From Laetmonice hystrix (lineage: Eukaryota), in contig OZ249436.1 in assembly GCA_965235115.1 (NCBI GenBank), positions 32,366,001 to 32,430,000 on the forward strand: DNA of 64,000 bases, read 5' to 3'. Shown here one piece after another: positions 50,701 to 59,700 of this stretch. The translations under genes and the position numbers were made by a program. Every line of letters begins with the position of its first letter. Positions within the stretch are counted from its first letter, which is position 1. Under the pieces are notes generated by a model that did no database searches, was not told the origin of the DNA, and saw only the letters and a list, made by a program, of their open reading frames with translations.

Positions 50701-53700
50701 ACTCATTACTTGCTTTTATGCCAAAGTTTTTGCTTTGCCGACTATCCAAGCAACATTCCATACTGGTCCCGGAGGTTAATGTAAATTACAAGGTGGTTTG
50801 ATGTGACAAGAAATATTTTCTTCTCGAGATTTGCTTATGTATTTTCTTCAAGCTAATAGAAATATGCAGCCAACGCCTTTGGAGTATTTGAGATTTTTTT
50901 AGAACTGTCTGGGAGCTAGGACAGCTGATTTGGTGGTATATGCGTCCATGTGTAGAGTTTCTGCAGATAGAGTAAAGGAATGTTAATGGGGTTGATACAA
51001 TTTTCGAATATAACTAATATGACTATACATGTATCCCCAAGGGATCCGATAATGGGCCAAGTTTGGTCAACATAGTAGGTCAGCTGGCCTCTTATTTAGC
51101 CGTCATTCTGATTTTACCAAGGTAGATGCTAAAAATATTCTGAGTATGCTTTTACATTGAAAGTTTATCGAACAAGTTGAACAATGTGCGAATTCAGCGT
51201 AAATAATTGAGTTGGTCAATATTAAACAAATTTGGTTTTGTGTGGATAGGTCAGTTGGCTTGTCATTGAGCTTTGGATTGGGTTTCAGTAGGATATATCG
51301 AATTTTGATAATATGATGGTTGAATAAGACGACTTCCGTCTAAAGTAGAGTACAAAAGTGAGCTACTGTTACTGTTGACCAACATAAGACACACGTACTG
51401 TTAAAGACGTGTCATACTGGGTCAACTTTTGGAAATACCCGGTAGCAAATTTAAAGAGAGTGGGAACAGAGAGGTCGGCCTTTCTGGCTGGGTTGTGTGA
51501 CTCGTATTTCATCATATCTTTGATTGAGGTGGTGTCTTTCTGCGAATTTGCGTAAGTTGTTCTGAGAACGTGTATAGCCCAGCCCCTTCCTTTCTATTCT
51601 TAGTATTTATAGAAAAGGAAAAGGCCTTGGAAAAGGCATCAGATAAAAACCTTTCAGTTTCAGTGATATTGCAGAACTGTCATTTCAAAAGGGGGAAAGG
51701 TAGTGGACCTGTAATTTGTGGAATTTTTTTATAGCTGCCAGTATCTCACGAGCCTTAGCTGCACAAATGATGACCTATTCTTACTAAAGTGTTAATAACA
51801 TGGGTCGATTCAGTAGATTATAACCCCCCCCCCCCCCCCCTTTCATCAATCCTTTCACTGGGCAGTAAGCCCAGGCATGGCGGAGACGTCGGTTTGGGAG
51901 AATCGTTTTTTCTTCTTCTAACAAGGCTGGCCTATTCCTCAATGTATCTTGTGATATTTTTATAGGACATACTGACTTAAATAACGGGGTCATGCTTTTG
52001 AGACTGCACCCCATGTTGAACTACCCGCAACCAACCAGCCCTTCACTGACCTGACCCTAAACAGCCCCAGTAACGTTCTTGACTTTTTCCTCATATCTCA
52101 TGGTAACCTAAGTCTGGATCGACCGATAATTTGGGCCAAACTTATTTTTCTCTGGGAACGGCTGATAACATACTGAACCTTGTAGGGTGGAAGTGATTGT
52201 CGGAGATATATCGTAGACCGCTAACGTGCCGGACTGCAGGGAGACTGGTGCACAATATGAATTGGTTTGTGGTTCATCAGTACTGAGCTGGTGGGTAATA
52301 TGGTTGAAGGGAGGGAGGGGGGGGGGTCGTGCCCCTCCAGCCCCTGCACCACGGCCGGTTGGACTCTATTCAGTCCAGTCTGTGTTCCAAAGGTTGCGTT
52401 CTAGTGCTCACCAAGTTGGTTCTCCCCCCCCCCCCCCCCCAGCAGTGAACTAATGTCTAGTACAATCAGATTGGTAGGTGACCCCAACACATGCTGTCGT
52501 CACCTGCTTGTAAGAAGAAAGAAAAAAATTAAAAAAAGGAAGATCTTGCCAGCAGTAGAGCGTGGCTCCCTGTTCTTCATTGTAAGACAAATGGTTCAAC
52601 AACCATTATCGAGAAAGGTCGTTTGGTGAGTTCATGATCGCAGACTTTGATATCCACCTTATGTATGTGCCCTTTGTCGTGCATGGACTGTGAAGTCAGC
52701 AGTAATGGGAGAGACAGAAAATGACAACATATCTGAAAACCGAGTACCAACGTTCTTCATAGAACCCCGAGTTTCCGAGATGTTGGCAGTGAGGCACGGG
52801 ACTGAGAACGATACTACACAAGTAATTAATAAGGCCTGATGATGCTGATAATTTCTGATAATTGAAATTGTATTTTATTTTTAGTCGCTGTCGTTCACTT
52901 GTGTTTTATCAATCAGGCCTTGTTTACACTGTTTGAACATCTTTGTTTTCGGGGACTAAACATGCAAGGATCGTAAAATCAATTTGTTTTGGCAGAAAAA
53001 GCTATCCGAAATTTGTATGGATTGTGACTTTGTCAGCTGACAGGAAAGGTAAATCATTTGTAGCTCGGCCAGATTGCAGATTACCCATGTTGCCCAGGAC
53101 GATTGTTGTGTGTGCGTGTGGGGGTGTCCATTAGGGTGGGTGCTTGGGTGGGTAGGAGGGAATAGTAGTGACAAGATAGTACAACGATTTCAATCGCTGA
53201 AATATGCGTCTGTTTCAGGAAATGGTTTTGAATATATGTCATTGAAAGGGAACAAAATCCTTACCCGCACAACTTCGTCTTAAAATTTTATCCGAATGAT
53301 ACCGTGTAGCATGTACCGGTATTGAATTATAGTAGACACACTACAGGTATTTCATCATAAATTCCTCATAAATTATCGTTTTGGCACTCTGAGCATATAT
53401 TTAATATGGTATAGGACTAAAGCAGTCGATAGTGAACACTTAATTGTCAGCAGCTTCAGTGACCCGAGGAGGTATAGAGAGAAGGAATTAGATTTGGCCA
53501 TGTTTATAGAGAATGAGGCCAAGCAGCTAGTGCAGAACGTATAGGACATTTCAGTTCACAAGTTGAGTGCTAACGGGTTTCGGCCATAAGTTCATGGTAG
53601 CATTGATAAAGTCCAGTCTTGAATAGGACTTAGTGAACATTTTTTTCACTCCAGTGAGCTTATTTTTGTATATACAAGTACAAATGATAGGTTTAAAAAA

Positions 53701-56700
53701 ATTAATATAGGGGTTTCTCTACCCATTGACTGAAATATGGCCTTCTGTATGTGAACAGTAAACAGAAGACCAATTAAGGGCACTAGTTAAAACTACTAGC
53801 GTTATTAAAATTTCACAATAATGACTGACATTGGTGTTCAATTCCATTGGTCAGGTATTCTCTCTTCGTCCTGGACAACCAGAATCTTCAGGATATCTGG
53901 GACATGAAGACCCATCCAAAGCTGACGCTCGCTCAGGGAGATGTCTTCTTTTATCAAAACAGTAAACTCTGCTACAATAAAATTGTTGAATTTGTGAAAT
54001 CAGTTGGTCGAGAGGTCAATGAGCAGAATGTTTCACCGGTGAATAACGGCGACCAAGTGGCATGTAAGTGGAGGTCAATGTGATTTTACTGTTGAGGTTC
54101 GTAACTCAGAGAGCAGAACTGAATTCAGCTATCATGTATGTAGTTCTGTAGACAACTACATTTTACTTATTTTTTGTCGATCAAATGAAGAGTTTTTCAA
54201 AGCCGCAATTACTCGCCGAAAGTGGCTGTTGTAATAATTGTACCCACTCAGAACGGAATATAATGGAGATGGGACGTGTAAAGATAAATGCACAGCTAGA
54301 GGTAGGGGGGGAATAACGTACCTGTTTCGATTAGGAAGTTTTGAGATTACCGTTACTCTCAGTAATTCTGTAGCATGCATGCGTGCTATATTTATGAAAA
54401 ACTGATGATGTGCGAGTTTCATGGTTTGTAATTTGATGAGTCAACTATTTATAGTGGGGCTACATTTAAGAGAGGTCTGGATGAGTTGTTGTAAGTGATT
54501 TTTCTTGTGTTTGTAGGCAACATCAGTCAGATGACCCTTGAGGTGACAAGTTTGCAGAGTACGTTGGTTGTAGTGAAGTTCAGTGTGTTCAAAATACGTG
54601 ACACGCGGAAGCTTCTTAGTTACGTTATCTACTACAGGGAAGCGTAAGTATCATCGGGTATAACTTACTATTCTGAAGAAAAATATACAACTTCTAGTAA
54701 CATTTCATGTCAGCTCTGCTTTACAAAATAGGTCTTCAAAAATGCAGGACTTTGTAATAAGAAGCCTCTGTCGAATAAACTATAATTCCTACTCCTTTAG
54801 TTTGTAAATTTTGGGATTTATAGTATCTAAAGATGACCAGCATCACAAAGTGTGAGAAGATGTTTGACACGACTTCCATTAATTTCCTATTCCAGGCCAG
54901 TGAGAAACGTGACCATTTTTAACATCAAGGATTCGTGTGGATCTGACGAGTAAGTTGTAACAAGTAACTGCATGCCTTCTGGATGTATCCATAGTGAAGA
55001 GTAGCACAGCTACACTGGCGTCTGTGGTGATGACCAGTATCAGAGCTGATACCTTAATAAGAACAATATGAAATCTAATTTAAGAAATTATGAAAGAAAG
55101 ACTTGGGATCTGCAATGAAGAGTACCCTATTTAGAACTGGCTGAATGTTTGTTTCAGTTGGCAGACTCTAGATGTACGTGCAGGCGATGGAAGCGAGAGG
55201 GATGATTATATAGCCGAGGTTATTTACAACCTGAAGGCTTGGACTCAGTATGCCATGTATGTACAAACGTACACAGTGGCGATGACCAGTCAAGGGGGCA
55301 TCTCGAAAATCATATACTTCACAACACTTCCAACAAGTGAGTTGAATGAACAGTGATATGACAAGAATATTAAGCTTCTTAGTGTCTGACTCCATTTATA
55401 ACAAATCTCTACCAATTGCCAATCAATCTTCCATGTAATTTTTGACCACGAAATATCTTAGTATCTGTTTTCAATGGCAAATTTGTTATTGTGCCTCCAG
55501 CACCGACCCATCCGAGGGACATTAAGGTTGAGGCTGTGTCTCCATACGAACTGAAGGTTCGCTGGCTGCCTCCCAGCAAACCTAATGGGAATGTGACCCA
55601 TTACCAGGTTTACTGGCAACCGCAACCTCCCAACCAGGAAAAACTTGACCAGCGCAACTACTGCAAGGATAGTAAGTGACACTCGTATCACTTAATCTAA
55701 GGACTGTTACAGGAAAAGTATGGGGTAGTTCATCTCATTATTAGAATCTTCATGTTTTCAGTGAAAAATAATTAGCCAGGGGAAACCAATGGTTAAGATA
55801 AGATGCAAGAATCCGTCAGAAATTTGTGATTTTATTAATTTGGACTAAGAAAATTTAAAGTACAATACGGCTAGCTGCCGTGCCAGCATGGTAAAAGGGT
55901 TATAACATTGTGCTGTAGGACTGCACCTGTCTATGAAACGGCGGAAAAATGAGGTAGAACAGGAGACCCATGACAACGAAACATGGGTCGGAGAGTGCTG
56001 TAAGTGTCCCAAGTCTGAGGAGGAAGAGCAGGCTGAGGAGGAGGAACGCCACATGCAGATCACCTTCGAGAATTTCCTCCATGATTCGGTCTACATTAAA
56101 AGGTTTGAATTTATGCTTAACTGCTTCAGAATCCTATCTACATAGTCTAGCAGAAGCTGTGTCTGTAATTGAAATTGGTATGTGGAATGGAATATTATAT
56201 TAAAACAAAATTAGGCCCCCCCAAAAAAATTCCCGATTTCTGGTCCAAAGAAAATTTCAAAAGTGGTGCGGTGACGAGGTTTTTTTTTTTTTTTAATTTT
56301 TTTTTTTTTGGTGATAGCTGGCTAAGATGGTAAGCCTCATAACAATTATCATGTAAAATGAACTCATAGATAAGGAACATGAGCTTTGCTGTCATCGCTT
56401 TGAATACAAACACACTTCCGTTGCAGTCGGTTAATGAAATATCCATTACAACAATGGTTAGTTTTAAGCCTTACCGCTAGGTGGCAGCACAATTCACAGT
56501 CATCCAAGGTGAGGGCAAGAAAAAAAACACTGATGCGCGGCATCTTAAGTGATGCGCGCGCGGACCAGAAACCGGGAATTTTTTTTTTTTTTGCCTTATC
56601 GCTGGAGTATCTTTTTTCTGGGCTGGGGGAAGGGGCAGATTTGAGTTGATGAGTGAGAGATTCAGTTATGTGTCCTGAATTACATTGAGCCATTGAACAA

Positions 56701-59700
56701 AGCTGTTCTGTACAAACATTAGCCCTGACTGACAGGTGTAACATTTCTGTGACAGGCCTGTCATGAAGGCACAGACACCAGATGCAGAGGCGGTCATAAC
56801 CAAACCAAATGGCAGTGAGACAGTTACCGACACGCGCACAAGACGTATCCGTCGTAGTGTGCGTGCTAACTCAATGAACAAGATTATGGAGCTAGGAAAC
56901 AGCTCAACCTGGCATTTCAACTACACGCTGCCAAATGTCACCTTGTCCAACGATACCGATGAGGACAACTCGGAGCATGAAGCCTATCTTGCAGCCGTAG
57001 TCTATGGCAAAACTGAAATGGTGCTTCCTAATTTAAGACACTTCCAGGAGTATAGTATAGAGGTAAGAGCCAATGTATTTTCAGTCCCGACCCAATATGG
57101 CGACCTTGCCATCATAATATTATTTATTTTTTGACCCCCATAATAATACTGTTTGGACTCATTTATTGAAAATGGTGCAGGGTAACTGGGCAGTTGCTAA
57201 TAGTAACAAATAGATTTGATAATTGAGAATATTACAAACTCGCTGTCATGGCTTGGGTTCTGTTTGCTTCCTAGGTGATTGCCTGCCATGAACCAGAAAC
57301 TACGGACTATATGAGTACCGAGAAAAAGTGCAGCAACCGAGCAATCACAACAGGACGAACCCTTCCTGCATGTTGGTGTCTGGTTTGTTATACCAATAAT
57401 AGGGGCAAGCGTAGCTTTTGGAGCCAAGATAGCATGAAAATAAAGTTCCTGGTTTGAAAATAAAAATTAATTTACAGTTGGAAAACAAGACGAAGCATTT
57501 TTATCAGTACATGTATATGTTAATATACTATACATCTATACAGTAAAAAGGTATGCCCAATGTAGACCCCTGTTGGTCTATTTGTAAATTAGGGATATAT
57601 AGAGGTGGCTGTCTTCTTTTGAATGGAAAAATGAAGATATTGTAAAAAGGTACTGCCTTGAAAGGAAACTAAGATTTGTAACAAATTTCATTCTCTGTTT
57701 TAGCAAACGTTGATGTGATCGAACCTCGCCAAATCAATGTGTCAAATGAGACGGATGGCCATGTTCGTCTAAGGTGGCTCGACCCACCCAAGCCAAATGG
57801 TCTCATTGTTATGTATGAAATAGAATACGGACTTGTTAGCCAGCCAGAGGTAATATCATCATCAGTCGTTGCTCTTAAGGGGAGAGAAGTAAAGTTATCA
57901 AAGAAAGTGAGAAATTACCCATCAGGGCAGGCAGACCTCCGCAGGAAATTGTGGATTCACTGTTATTTTTATCATAGACGCTAGCGAATTCTGAGGTCCT
58001 TTATGACATTCAAACAGATTTAAAGAAAAATGTATTTTATGTCAATCAAATAATTCTTACGAACAGCTCATGCTGTTGGTATGTATATTACTGGGTGTTA
58101 GGAATATGTCCTTAGGTGTGTTATGATAGTGCAATGTTCATATCGTGCAGATTTTGCTGATGTAATGAATAAACTACATTATGTGTTAACTATTTGTTGT
58201 GCAGGTTCAAAAGTTGGTCCGCTGTATACCACACATCGAGTACCGGCGGCAAGGAGGGATTGCATTATCTGGACTTCCCTCCGGCAACCATTCATTTCGT
58301 ATCCGAGCAACATCTCTTGCTGGCAATGGATCATGGACTCGGGAATTATTCTTCAATGTTCCAGAACGATGTTAGTTAGTCTTTTAATCCTAGGATGCTC
58401 CTGGTTGTATTTGGAAAACAGTCTTTTAATCCCAGGATACTCCATGTTGTATTTGGAAAGTACAGTAGTCTTTTAACTCCTTGGATGCCCCAGTTGTACT
58501 TTCGACAGGAGTTAAAAAGTAGATTAAATCCTCTATGAACTTTAAAATATTTGGATCATGTTATAGTTGGTGTGTTGCCTACTTCAGATGTGGACAACTC
58601 AATGAACCCAGAACTGATAGCAGGGGTGGCTGTGTCAGCTTTCCTCGTCCTGATCGTTATCGTAGGGGTGATTGTGTGGATGATTGCAAAGAAAAGATTT
58701 CACCTCAACATGGCTCAGGGAATGATCTATGTTTCTGTCAACCCACAGTATTTCAATGCTGAAGAAGGTATGTGAAGGATGAATCCACTAAGATTGTGAA
58801 TCCTGCATGAGAATGCCACTTGCAATGTTGGATGAAAAATTCTGTGACATAGTTGCCGATATTCTTTTCCACCAGATAATATATTTTTGACAGTGACTAG
58901 CCATGAATTTCCCCATCTTCAGTCCTTTATTGTTTCCCAGTAAAAATCACGCACTGTATTTGGCCGCAGAGAAGATGAGACTATATCTTTGCACCTTTTA
59001 CATAATGATAAAGAAGTGTGAAATAATGGTAGATAGCACCTCTCGAGTCAGTATGAGTGATATTGAAATGTTGCATGCAGGATCTGTGTAGTTTGGATTG
59101 ACATTTGAATGCCATTGCCGGCTTCAGCCTATATTCCAGACGAGTGGGAGGTGAGCCGGGACAAGGTGGAGCTCATCAAGGAGCTGGGCAAGGGCTCCTT
59201 CGGTATGGTACACGAGGGCATAGTCACTGACCTCACGCCTGACCAAGCGACTCTCAAGGTGGCCGTTAAAACTGTCAACGAGAACGCATCCATACGGGAT
59301 CGCATCGAGTTCCTCAATGAAGCTTCCGTTATGAAGTGAGTGTTGGAATCAGTTGACTGTATGGGAGTTATATCCGATGGGGTCAGGGGGGTGTTTCAAT
59401 AAGCACGACGGACCGTCCGACCCACGACGGACCTTCCGACTGGCGACAGACAGTCGCCGGTTAGACGGTCCAACGCACTTATTGAAACACCCCCCAGGAT
59501 CCTTGCAATGGAATACATGTATAATAAAAGTTGGAAGGTCTGCCAAAGTTATTAAAATGTATATTTAATAATTACCTTTTTTAAAGGCATGTGTTTTTAG
59601 AGAAAACTCTTCTCACGTAGAGTGTTTCTTGTCACTTTTGGTTCTGAGACGTTTAATTTTAATCACAAAGTGTTTTCAGGTGTTTAACTGTAATCACATG

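Noticed and set aside
56103..56755. Search for a cassette exon after alphaCT analogous to INSR exon 11
   Set aside because: None recognisable; the nearby AG at 56735 is out of frame.
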